DNA of 63,950 nucleotides, counting the filler, from Circinaria calcarea (Eukaryota), in NCBI GenBank assembly GCA_051942165.1. It is 26 parts of 26 records of this genome, joined end to end, with 100 filler letters (N's around TTAATTAATTAA, not from the genome) between each part and the next. Parts side by side here need not be neighbours in the genome. Positions count along the whole stretch, not along the records: positions 34,584 to 36,944 come from JAVECS010003611.1; positions 37,045 to 39,403 come from JAVECS010003612.1; positions 39,504 to 41,861 come from JAVECS010003613.1; positions 41,962 to 44,317 come from JAVECS010003614.1; positions 44,418 to 46,773 come from JAVECS010003615.1; positions 46,874 to 49,228 come from JAVECS010003616.1; 20 more parts are not named here. One strand, written 5' to 3'. A model generated the notes under the pieces. It saw nothing but the letters and a program-made list of their open reading frames with translations. It was not told the DNA's origin and searched no databases. The stretch's first letter is position 1. Each line of letters opens with the position of its first letter. Both the position numbers and the translations under genes were made by a program. Of the stretch, positions 36,265 through 47,856 are shown piece after piece.

Positions 36265-36640
36265 TGTTACGTCCCTAAGCTTCTTAGGCAAAGGCAATGC
36301 TAATCACTGGTATAAGGCAGGGGCTCTATGATATGCGCACGGATTCTATACCAATCACTTAGCAAGTAATAAGTGACAATAGAAGTATATTGCTACACTT
36401 ATAAGGTCTTGACCACACAGGTCAAATACTACGGAAAGGACTGTGCCTATATACCCTTTCCCTGACAGAGATCATAATAGTGATCCCTATGATCCCACTG
36501 CTCCATAGCCAGATCAACCGGATCACCTGGATCACCGGTGCTCCCATTGATCCCATACGTTACACAAGGGATCACTCGGATCATCCTCCTGAATACCCTT
36601 GGTATGCGTATTACTGGTCATGGCTGGTGGCGCCATTACA
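36265..36640 (-). mobile_element. LTR family B
   Basis: TGTTACGTCCC...GCGCCATTACA; homologous to 3848-4184. Confidence 0.85.
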
Positions 36641-37349
36641 TCTGATACATATAACGCTGAATTCATACCTATATATACACGCTTATGGTATGACACGAAT
36701 GGGCCAGAAATAACAGTTTTCTTCGGCGCTTTATTGTTTATAGGCACCACTCATTTGCCTAAATCAGAAAATTATTAAAAAATTACTACCGGTTATGGAA
36801 TTATAAATTATTTTTAAATAATAATCACGTGTAAACGTTGGCATTAAATTAAGTATTATTTAAAAATATCTAATTTTAATACGGACGCTGATTTTTCCGG
36901 CCCTATATAATATGCAAAATATTATGGCGCTAACACTATTGTTANNNNNNNNNNNNNNNNNNNNNNNNNNNNNNNNNNNNNNNNNNNNTTAATTAATTAA
37001 NNNNNNNNNNNNNNNNNNNNNNNNNNNNNNNNNNNNNNNNNNNNCGTTATTACACACACAAAAGCGTTGTTTTTCTCTCCATAGAACCATAGACAATTCA
37101 TACTTTGCATAGCGTGCAATAACCACACGAATTGATCTCACTTCAACACCATAAACTGCTCTGAGTGACTCCAAAAGTTCAACAAATCCTTAGCCTTACT
37201 ACAACCCTATCGGCTGCTCATCAACCAAAGCTCGACTTTTCCACTTATGCTAACTGAGTTCCTCTACCCTCCAATCCAGCTTTACAACGATCCTGTATTG
37301 CCTTCTCTAGTGGTTTATGCCAGCACAGATCATTCCGCAACATCTCTAC

Positions 37350-38649
37350 TTACCCCCATGTTGTCACACCATGCGAATACGGCCAGCTGGGACCCGGAAA
37401 GAAACTCTGGATAACCTTCGCAGTGCCTCTTCCCCCACTGATATCATAAACGGTGAGCCCGGTGCGGTTAGTTGGGAAACCGGCGCTCAAGGTATAAAGA
37501 AAACCCCCACTAATATCGAGGTCGGTTTGGCCGAAAATGCCCTTCGCCGAAGCATTTACTATCGAGACAATCTCCCCTGAGTTGACATCCAACTCGATCA
37601 GATTGTTAACTGCACCATCAGTAAAAAACGCTGTCTCGGTAACCTCGGAATAGCCAACCCAACAAACAAACAGACTCGTGGGAAAAACCGTGCGAACCTT
37701 GGTGGTGGTAATAAGGGTATTCTCGTCGTACGTAATTACTCCACCGCCGTAAGAAGGATCTGCGAGAACAATATCCTTCGTACCCGGAATAATGACGGCT
37801 CCGAACATGTCCCCAGCACCCTCGGGTAAGCTTCTCACCATATCATATGCAACCCCTTCGTGGTTTACTCGGAAAGCGGCCACGAAACCAAAACTCGCCA
37901 GCTCAGGAATGCCTGTGATAGGAAGCCCCAGCTGGCTAAATCTCGGTATTCCTTTCACGTCGGCGAAGAGAATGTTATCGTCTTCACTGAAAAACACTGT
38001 CGAGATTCCGTTGAATACATCAAAAGGTGGTGTTATATTATTAAGACCGAAATCGCGACGAGCATCAAAAGGCTTAAGACCAGTGCGAGTGGAGTACGAC
38101 GCACAAGAAACGCCACTCTGTGCCCCGTTATGGCCCACGCATGCGAGCCGGCGTCTCTGCGAGACACCCACGGTTATAGGGAATTCGCCGCGGGTATTCA
38201 TGGGGGTCCCAAGCATGGTCAGCTTGGTTGGATCCCTATTATCAATGGTGAACATGGTGAGGGTATTCGAGGCAGCGTTGACGACAAATAAATTCTAATT
38301 TCACGGTTGTCAGTTCTGGTGGTGGAAGTTAAGATTAACTTACCCTACCAACAACCCTTACAGACCCAAGACTGCCCAGCGCATCTCCGGCAGCAGGTTG
38401 AGTACCGGTGAATGGATCGATAGTCGCACCACCGAGCCCGCCGGTGGGTGTGATCGTCATTCCGTCTTTACGAAACTGCCCGTCACGCCCGATAGGTATC
38501 GCAACGACCGAGTTGGTTTGATTGGGATTATTGGTCATGAAGTAGAGGGCTTGAGGCGCGTTAAGCCTTGGGTAAGAAATAACTGTTGCATTAACCGCTA
38601 CCGAGAAGCCAAGCGTTGCCGCAAGGATAAATCGAGATAGGGGAGACAT
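37350..38649 (-). CDS. secreted beta-propeller protein (3-carboxymuconate cyclase/lactonase-like), one intron at ~38295-38344
   Basis: Signal peptide MSPLSRFILAATLGFSVAVNA, then ALYFMTN..NSVVAIPIG, TPTGGLG, DALGSLGSVRV, FVVNAASNTLTMF, GEFPITV and CWVGYS. Confidence 0.8.
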
Positions 38650-39503
38650 GGCTCGTCTGATATATTATTGCCAAAAAGTATTTAGAGCCGGTCCAAAAAC
38701 TCTAGCAAGATCGCGGTCCGATAGAGGAGAAATAAGAGTTTGACTGTTAATAGGGACTGAAGAGCGTTGCGGCCCTTTTTTATATACAGGAAGACCCTTG
38801 TGGACAAAGTGACATGAAGGGTAACCTTGGCCTCGGTCATCCCAAGGTCATCTCTTGGTGTTGTATTTTGCTGGAGTCGACGAGGGCTTGTACTATAGGA
38901 CCTCCATGGTCCATGGTATAATCACTGATCCCTGCAAGCAGCATTTACCCACGTTTTGGGATTCATCAATGTAACCCATAAGCCGGTGTGGGATGACTAC
39001 TATGACGCCCGGCAACGTGGGTTTGGGCGTCAGAATTGACAAGATTTCTCATAAACATGGCGATGTTCAGCTGTTTGACGATTGGGGAGAAGAGAGTTAT
39101 CGAAGCATGGCCACCGATGAGATCAGGGTCCAGGCTTTCCCAGGATCAAAGTCCCTTGCGCAGGGACAAGATCACGTGATTATTCACCGTAATCCGCAAT
39201 GCAGGGCTTGCCGTCCACTTGCCTCAGTGCCACCTCCGTAAACTCCGGAGGCCTCAGATCGTACTAGCTCCGCTTAAAAAAGGTTATTCCGATCCGATAT
39301 TATATAACCCTTTTTTAAAAGAAGTCTGAGAGCGTTATACACGAAATATATAAAACCTCGCGATATTTATTAATAATTTATATATATAACCGCGCGATAT
39401 CCCNNNNNNNNNNNNNNNNNNNNNNNNNNNNNNNNNNNNNNNNNNNNTTAATTAATTAANNNNNNNNNNNNNNNNNNNNNNNNNNNNNNNNNNNNNNNNN
39501 NNN

Positions 39504-39632
39504 ATGATTATAACGGGGAGAGGACGAAGCGCGCTCGTAGATAACGGCTTGGATTCCTTTTTGTGCGAGGCTCCGTCCAAGAGTAAGACCTGCTAAACCG
39601 GCACCCACGATGGTAATCGGTGTGGAAGACAT
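39504..39632 (-). CDS. FAD-dependent monooxygenase, N-terminal fragment
   Basis: MSSTPITIVGAGLAGLTLGRSLAQKGIQAVIYER Rossmann GxGxxG...E motif. Confidence 0.8.
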
Positions 39633-41399
39633 GACTCTGGTAAGGAGGTTGATCCAGGGGCTGGAAGGTGAAATGAGGAAATAGTGCAAGGAATCTCCTC
39701 CATCTTAACCTCACACGACTATATAATGCCCATCATAAAAAAGTTTTTTTTTAAAAAATTGATATCGAGGGAGGATACTCCGTAGCCGATTTGGCACTTG
39801 AGGTAATAACCTTCTCGGATTCCCGAATTGGAGTTCGGAATTCGTAAGATTTTCTCCGCCACATAGAGATGAGGCCGCTAGGGCTAGAAGGTGAGCGAAA
39901 GAAGGACAGATAACCTAAAATTTTTGTTTATAAGGTAATAAGTAACATTCCATTCCATTCCAGTCAGAGTGAGTACCACTGCTCTAAACAAATTACACTT
40001 GCGATTTTTTAAATAGAATGTGGCCTCGCATCGGTTTAACTTCTGCCCGTCTCCTACCACATTCTCCCGACGTCGAACTTCCTTTTGTCGTCGCAGATAT
40101 ACAAGAAGCATTAAACGTTTGCTCGAACAGCATCCCTAGGCAAAGCTCGTATAATATGGACGAGAATGTCTATCGAAGATGAGATATCCACCTAGATACG
40201 ATTGTCGGTACTCGCAAAGATTAGCCAAAACACGCGACCCTCGAGAATTCTCTCTATACCTACTCACACCATCTTTGTTGCCCTCTTAAGACTATACGTT
40301 CTCGATACCTGGATCAATGCCTACACTGACTCCTCTCTCGGACATCCTCCGTCTGAGATCCTCGCGCTTCCCGAACGCTAGAAGATATGAGGGCATACCT
40401 AAGAGTAAAAGACCGAACCAGTTGATTTTATGACCTGGTAGCAACAATCGAAGCTAGGAGGGAGGTACGGGAGAGATAAAGATTGGATGAATAGCAAAAG
40501 GGAAAGATGACGTAAGGGCCCTTAAGTCCAAAGAAGGTCCCCGGGGAGGTAGATAGTATACCGCTGTTGGGACCGCAGTAGGGGGGCTTCAAGAGCAAAG
40601 AGAAAACCAGCAAGCGGATCAGTAAGTCTCCCCAGAGAGATGAGCGAAATAAACAAAGAGTCCAACGGAATCGCAATTAGGAGAAGCCGCACACGGCTTG
40701 GGGTAAAACCCGCAGGCACCACCCTCCTTACCAGTTATTGTTCTCTCGGTGCCCCATATAGGAGAAACGGCACGGAGAGAGAAAAAGGGTCCAAGCAGCG
40801 CTCCGAGATCATGGACCGACCTCGAGCCGTCTCCTTGATCAGCCACGAGAAGAGGCCCTGTGAAGTTAGGTTAATCTTACATTCATACCTTGCCTTCATT
40901 TTATCGAGTCAACCCATCTCTTACCGGAACAAGTCAGTTAGATTGAATAAGACTCGGGCTCGTTTAGTCCTATCTTATTCAAATCCTCTCCTTGGAACCG
41001 TGTCGTGTGAGATGCTGTACTATTATGTCCATGATGAATCCCTAGTGAATGATGTGATTTCCAATAACTCAAGCTCCTTTTCCTTCAGCTCTATCCTCTG
41101 ACATTGAATCATCCATCTCCTCACATCAGTGAATAATGCATCATCACCTCTCTCCCCTCCGTTGCCTCTCCTAATATTTTTTAAAACACATCTTCTGCTC
41201 CTATGCTGTCGACTCTGTCCTGTTGCCTCGCCAAGATGGACAACTCACAGGTGAAGGGACGACGTAAAAAGAACAGACAAGCCCGTGTCTATGACTCCTT
41301 CAGCTTCAGCTTCAGCTTCGACTCTCACTTCATTTTAACCCATAACCAGCCAAACAGCACCATCATATCGAATTCACCTGTCCATTCTCTTCCCCTTCA

Positions 41400-41560
41400 C
41401 CTTGACCTCCCTCCTCTGATCGACCTTCCTTCCTCTGATCAGCCACGCTTCCTCTGATCGACCTCCCTCCTCTAATCGACCCCCCCTCCTCTGATCGTCC
41501 TCCTCTCCTCTGATCGACCTCATCTCCTCCAATCGACCTCCCCTCCTCTAATCCACCACG
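41400..41560. repeat. ~18-bp minisatellite (CCTCCCTCCTCTGATCGA)
   Basis: About 8-9 imperfect tandem units. Confidence 0.85.
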
Positions 41561-42983
41561 CCTTCCTCTCCTCTCCTCTCCTCACACCCTGCTCACACCC
41601 TGCCCTCCCCCCCTTCCATTTCCACCCTTCTCTTCTCCCAAAGAAGCGGATCGGAAACACAATACAGAAAAAATGTGATGTGATGTGCAACCATCATCGT
41701 CGTCGTCCCGCGCTCTTATACCCTCTTATCCCCCCTTCTTCACCTCCTCCTATCCCATTCCATTCCGGGCAAAGAACGAATCCATATTCACAATATGAAT
41801 CTTCTTTTTCCCCTCTCCCCTCTCCCTCTCTTCCATCTCCCCTTCCTACACGCACACCTCCNNNNNNNNNNNNNNNNNNNNNNNNNNNNNNNNNNNNNNN
41901 NNNNNTTAATTAATTAANNNNNNNNNNNNNNNNNNNNNNNNNNNNNNNNNNNNNNNNNNNNGTTTAGTTTCAATGGTGTGCTTTGGGTTGTGTGTCTTTT
42001 CAAAGAAGGGGGGGGGGTTCTCGTTAGAATTAACGTAGGCTTGGGGTTAGAGAATAGGTGAGGAGGAGCAGGAAAAGATCTTGGGGTTAGAGGAGGGGAA
42101 AAGGAGCTGATATTCAGCACCAACGCGACATCACTTTCGAGAGACTGGAGAAAACCTTGATTTAGCTTTACAGCGGAGGTGACTGGTGCTTTCACATTTG
42201 GGGGGTTTAAGGCACTTGGGATGTTTAGGCGGTATAAATCTTTCCCTTCCCCCAAACGAGAAACATCCCTCCGTGTTGTACGTTGAACGTCCAAGGTCCA
42301 ATTGAAAATATTAGAAGAACGGCAGATAGAACAGGAGAGGATGGGATGGGTTTTGTGTACAAGTAGAGCCAGAGGGGTAATAGCCCAGGTGTTCGGCGTA
42401 AGTGCGCGGAGGGGAGAAGAAACCCATGATATACTCTACTCCTCTTTCTCTCTCTCTCGGTATCCAGTGAACTGATCGCGCCCTCTTGTTTACAAAATCC
42501 CAAGGCCCAGGGCCCATTTCCGAGGAAGACTTTTTGCCAGAGGCCTGTATGTTATGTTGTTAATTGCATTGGTTCAGGGCAAGATGGAGATAGGTGTGGG
42601 AGTGGGAATTGGCGATGCGGTGCGGTGCGGAGTAAAGATAAGGTGGAGGCTGATATTACGGACCGTGGTGTTTAGGGATTGAGGGTTGTGAACGAGAGGC
42701 TCTGTGTCGGTAATAGGTTACGTGGATGAGGCGGGACGCGGATATTGTAAAGTGCAGAACACCCGCCAGTAGTGTTGATGCAAGTGAAGTATAGTTGTAT
42801 ACCGGCGCTGTGGTTATTCCCGACAATAGGATTGGCAAGGTGGTCTGGGGTTTTTGGTGGTAAGTAATGCGTACGACGCGTAGGCTGTTAGTACCGGTTG
42901 GCGTGGCACCTCGGCAAGATCCATGGGTTCACTGGCGTTGTGGCTTATTGAGCAGAGGCTTCTGCCTTCTGAGACCATGCTCT

Positions 42984-44317
42984 TTACATGATCGTACAAA
43001 GGCCATTGAGAGAAACGTCCACCTTTCCTTGCTTCCGCTCCTTTTTCTCCTTCTCCTCTGTTTTCTCCTCCCCTTCCTCCCCTTTCTCCTTCACCCCAAC
43101 TAACCATCCCTTCTCCACTTTTTCAATTTCGTATTTTTTATCCTTCACAAAATCCTTCACCACTAACTCCCTGGTTCTCCCAAGACTCTCAATCGCACTG
43201 ATCCTCTCCAAAGTTTTCTCCAGATGTTCCTCAAACCCTTCTTCTCCACAAATCTCTCTAAACGCATTCATCATGGGCACGCTATCCGCGCGCACCATTG
43301 CTCTTGAATCGATGGTAAAGATGTTGATATGATCGTAGGGCTCGATGAAATCGGCCCGGGTCATGGTTTGCCGCGCGATGTGGAGAGGGATCTCGGGAAG
43401 AATGTGACCGTGTAAGGGGTGATAGTTGGGATTTTCAGACGACGATGAGGCTTCAAGATCGACAAGGGCTTTGGCGAGAACGAAAGCGGCGGAACAGTAT
43501 CTAGGAGTTGGTTGCTGTGTTAGTAGAGGAAAGGAGGTTCTGGGGAAGGGTTGGGGAAGGTGGTCACTTTTGTTGGTTCATTACATCGTCATCCATTTCT
43601 TCTCCGAGAACCCAGCATCTAGAAAGGATTAGCACGCACATTGCAAGCGGATGGTATAGTTGGACAGACTGGTTTAATAGCCAGTTCTTTTCGCGTTGGT
43701 AGATTGCTTCACATTCCCGCAGCATATCTGGAGCCTTTGCAACTCGGTTAAGAAAGGTTAACCGTCCTCCAACTTGATCATACACTTGCTCCATAATACT
43801 CGAGTCTGCTTTCTTCAAGTACGGAAAGTATCTCGCACGGTATTTTTGCAAAGCAGCTATTGCCAGGCCTTTGGGAAGATCAAGTACCGGCAACACCTCC
43901 ATTCTAGTAGCAAGACCTTTGAGCCGTTCGTAAACCCAGTAGTCGTCGCTGTTGAGAACGACCGTTACTAGATTTACTGCCGCCCATTGCTCTGCCCTTT
44001 GCTGAATGAGCTCTAGCACGTCACGACCGTCCTCGTCATTACGGAGGAGGTGCACACTGTTGATGATCAAGACTAGCGGCCTTCCTACCTTTTTTCTTCG
44101 TTTCATGGCCACTTTCTCAAGCTTGTTCAAAGCCCGTTCGATATCCAAAAGTGCCGTGGTATCTCGAGGACCGCGAATGCTGAATAGACTCCCGATGTAG
44201 TCCTCATGGAATTCAAAGTCAAGTGCTTTGCCGAGTCGTATACGGAATATCTCCAGATTCGCATGAGCCTCAAACATGGAGATACCCTCCCCACCCACCT
44301 TTTGCATAGCGTCTAGC
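42984..44317 (-). CDS. conserved fungal P-loop/AAA-like ATPase-domain protein, C-terminal part, spliced
   Basis: EAHANLEIFRIRLGKALDFEFHEDYIGSLFSIRGPRDTTALLDIERALNKLEKVA...PLVLIINSVH...VGGRLTFL...IMTRADF..YDHINIFTIDS..VRADSVPM. Confidence 0.8.
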
Positions 44318-46384
44318 NNNNNNNNNNNNNNNNNNNNNNNNNNNNNNNNNNNNNNNNNNNNTTAATTAATTAANNNNNNNNNNNNNNNNNNNNNNNNNNN
44401 NNNNNNNNNNNNNNNNNCCCCTCCCCCCCGTGACCCTTGTGAATGCTGGTGTGGAAAGCTGCGCACGGAAGACTTAGTCTCTTTCGTAAGTTTATCCCCT
44501 AGCACACCAGAACAGGCAGTGTTGACTAGTCATTTTACTAAGTCGTGGATATTTCAAAGTTCAGTTTTCAACTTTTCGATAACCATCCTCGAGCTCTTCT
44601 TACTGACTTGAGTACCGACGCATCAGCCATAGCAAGTAGTCTCGTATAAGGTCCCTAGCCTCATCATTGAGCACAACCGGACTACTTCGCTACTGTCGTT
44701 CTTCCACCGTGGAAGAATGAGATCGCAGGTTCGGAGGTGGACGAGAAAGAGAAAGAGACGGTATGGGGGATTATTGATACGTTGAAGGGGGTGGGGCAAT
44801 ATGGCAGGAATGGAAGCGCCGTAGGGGGTGCGTGGTAAGAGAAGGGTATGCTAGCCATACCGGAGTAATAATACGGACTCGGCGGAGGTAAAGGAGGACG
44901 GGTAGGAACAGTGTACAACGGAAATGAAAGTATTGGCGTTGCTGGAGCTGGCGGAATTGAAGGCCGAGTAACCTCCGTTTCTTCATTATTCTTCCTCTTC
45001 TTTCTCTTCTTTCTCTTCTTTCTCTTCTTATTGCCTAGTTATCCTCATTCATTGAATATATTTAACATTTCACCACCATCAGGGGTTTCTATGGTTGTGT
45101 TGGCAATGTCAATGGCCCGAGCCCGCTCCGTTTTTATGTCGGGTAAACGGCGTATAATTAGTACCGTCAGTCTTTGAAGGACTGTCAGCAAAATTGAGTC
45201 GTATGGTCACACCTTCCACCGTCGCATTTCCATTATTAAAGCAGTTTATGCCTTGCTCGTTTCTTCATCTGGGGCCGGCTCCTCTCCTAGTTTCTTCTTC
45301 AACTTTCTAGTTGTTGATACGCACCTCTTCTTCCTTCTGCTTTCTCCCTTCGGCTTGCTGTCGAGCTAGGAAGAAGAAGAGGAAGGAGAGAGTTTAATCA
45401 AGCGTCCCATTGGTGCAGGATGCTTGTCCATTTCTCCACATTGGCTGGGTGGAATGGTGGAATGCAAGTAGGTGGAGGTTTAGGGGGAATAATAGTCGGT
45501 AAAGCTCTTACTTCCATATATCATGCGGAGGCTAACTTGAACGTTGTTCTGCTGATATTCCGCCAATACCAGGGTAACTCTACGGATATTCTCCCAGTCC
45601 TCCACACAGTCAACAGTGGCGGATGTATCTTGCGTGTCTGTATACAACATCACCACCGTGCTTGAGTGTTGATCGGGCTAGCACCCTTTGAATCTGCCGC
45701 CTTTTCAACTGCCCTCCCGTCCCTTTCCGTAGAGTCATGGAAATCGAAGTCGTCGGAGCTGCTGACGCTCTGGAGGATGGACTTCCCGTTGAGGCCGATG
45801 ATATAGTGAATTGCGTAAGGAGGGTGCAGGTACTTTGTTAGGGGTGTGGATGGTTTGATAGGGGTTTGGAAGGTGGATTCAACGGTTGGAGCTTTCTTGG
45901 AGGTCGATGTTGGCTTGGGTCTCGGCGTAGTCACCAGATAGTTACGTTTATTCACCATTGCAGAGTGTAGTTGAGCCCTATAACGTTTAGTTAACTTCAA
46001 TTGGGTTCAATGTGTATCAAGTATTCGCTCGATATTTGGGGGATTTTCTTGAGTAGGACCTGACACACCCGGAGGCTTTCTGCATTTGTCTCGCAGTTTT
46101 CAAAATCGCAAACCCAGCGTACTCTATTTTCGAAAGGAGATTCAAGAACGAAGCTATCACCGCCCGTAGTCTAGTGGTTTGGGATATTGTAAAGCTTCCT
46201 TCCCTTGCGCTCATCGAAAACGTATCGCGTTCATTCGAGAATCCCGAGGAGCTTCCGCAAAAATTCCGACGCCACAGTAGGCACCCGTGGGTCAAGAGTA
46301 CGCATTAACTTTCTTCCGACGGCGCTTTTCCTTATCCAGACCTAAACCGCTTGCAAGAATCAAACTCAAATTTGTGCTAGCATC

Positions 46385-46590
46385 ATCATCTGCACCCCAC
46401 TCTCATCATCGGCACCCACTTTCATCGTCGGCATCCACTCTCATCGTCTGCATCCACTCTCATCGTCGGCACCCACTCTCATTGTCGGCACCCCACTCTC
46501 ATTGTCGGCATCCACTCTCATCGGTCGCATTCAACTCACATCGGTCGCATCCACCTCCCATCGTGCACATTCAACTCCCGTCGCGTGCGC
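46385..46590. repeat. ~19-bp minisatellite (CCACTCTCATCGTCGGCAY)
   Basis: About 10 imperfect tandem units that diverge towards the right end. Confidence 0.88.
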
Positions 46591-46873
46591 TGACTTGAAA
46601 GACTGAGCGAGGGTATGGCGAAGGAATAGGTGGCCAAGATTGACATGCTGGCCACTTGAGGAAGATATGTTTATATTCTACACTCCATCATACCCCCGTA
46701 TGATCCCAAGATTCTCTTGCTAGATACATAACCAACAAAGTATTCAACACGCCCATCAATTCCGCCTAGCCTANNNNNNNNNNNNNNNNNNNNNNNNNNN
46801 NNNNNNNNNNNNNNNNNTTAATTAATTAANNNNNNNNNNNNNNNNNNNNNNNNNNNNNNNNNNNNNNNNNNNN

Positions 46874-47856
46874 ATCCACGGAGCTTGTAGAGAATAGAGC
46901 TCCCGCAGCACAAGATTAGCAATACATACAGCTGGAGATATCACCAATATAGCCATAGATATCATGTACACCGTTATAGCGAGGTACTTTGCGGTAAAGT
47001 TTTGTATAGTGTTAAGCAAGGTTTCACCCCGACCTCGGCAGCAGATAATAAGGAAGAGCTGGTTTCTGAGTTGAGCTGGTGACGAGCGCCCTACCAGGCA
47101 CGTATAGTAGCCCTGAAGAACCAGTATAGGGAGAATCCACAAGTCAAGAAGACGCTCGAGTTGGGGTGTTAGAGCAAACCAAGCCGGGATGTTTCCTAGG
47201 TTGACAAAAGCGAAGGCGCTATCACCTGAGCGGAATGGTACGATTTGTGCTACAGTATCGCACGAATTGTTGCAACGATGTGCAGCGAGCCATTGGGGAT
47301 ATAAAAATGGCGGCAGGGAAGCTGGTGGACCTGGATCAAGTTCACAGAGGATATCTCTGAACTGTGGGCGTATAGATGATAACTGTTCAGGCGTAGAGTA
47401 ACTTGGATTCCCAATACATGAGCTGAGATATGCAGTGACGATGAGAATGTCCCAGTAAATGATAAGAGGCCTAGCCCGGAGCCGTCGTAGAGTTGTTGAC
47501 CAATTGAAGAGCGGTACAGCCATGATACAGGCCGTCGAGAGAATTGCTCTGATCGGAAGCAAATCACCGGCAGCACCGGTCCGAGACAGGAAAGAGGCAA
47601 GGATGACATGAACGGCAACGGTACCGCTGTAGGTCATTGTTGCTGCCAAGGCTCCTACTGCCAACCACTCGTGTGATCTGACCATAAGACTGAAGCAAAG
47701 AAGCGAATAGAAAAGAAATCGAGGGAGAAGGCCGTATTGACCGCTGATAGGTAGTATACAACCCCATACTTTGATTCCAAAGGCTTCTGAAGCATCAAGT
47801 TGACTAGCAGCCTGCAAGGTCCGCCGTAAGTTAGGTGAAGGCCGCTGCACTGACAT
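46874..47856 (-). CDS. multi-pass fungal membrane protein of unknown function (3' partial)
   Basis: Long ORF with CILPISGQYGLLPRFLFY...HEWLAVGALAATMTYSGTVAVH and several hydrophobic helices; likely start MSVQ. Confidence 0.75.

Noticed and set aside
40140..40200. YNMDE-like motif suggesting a pogo DDE transposase relic
   Set aside because: Too short and degenerate to support without an alignment.
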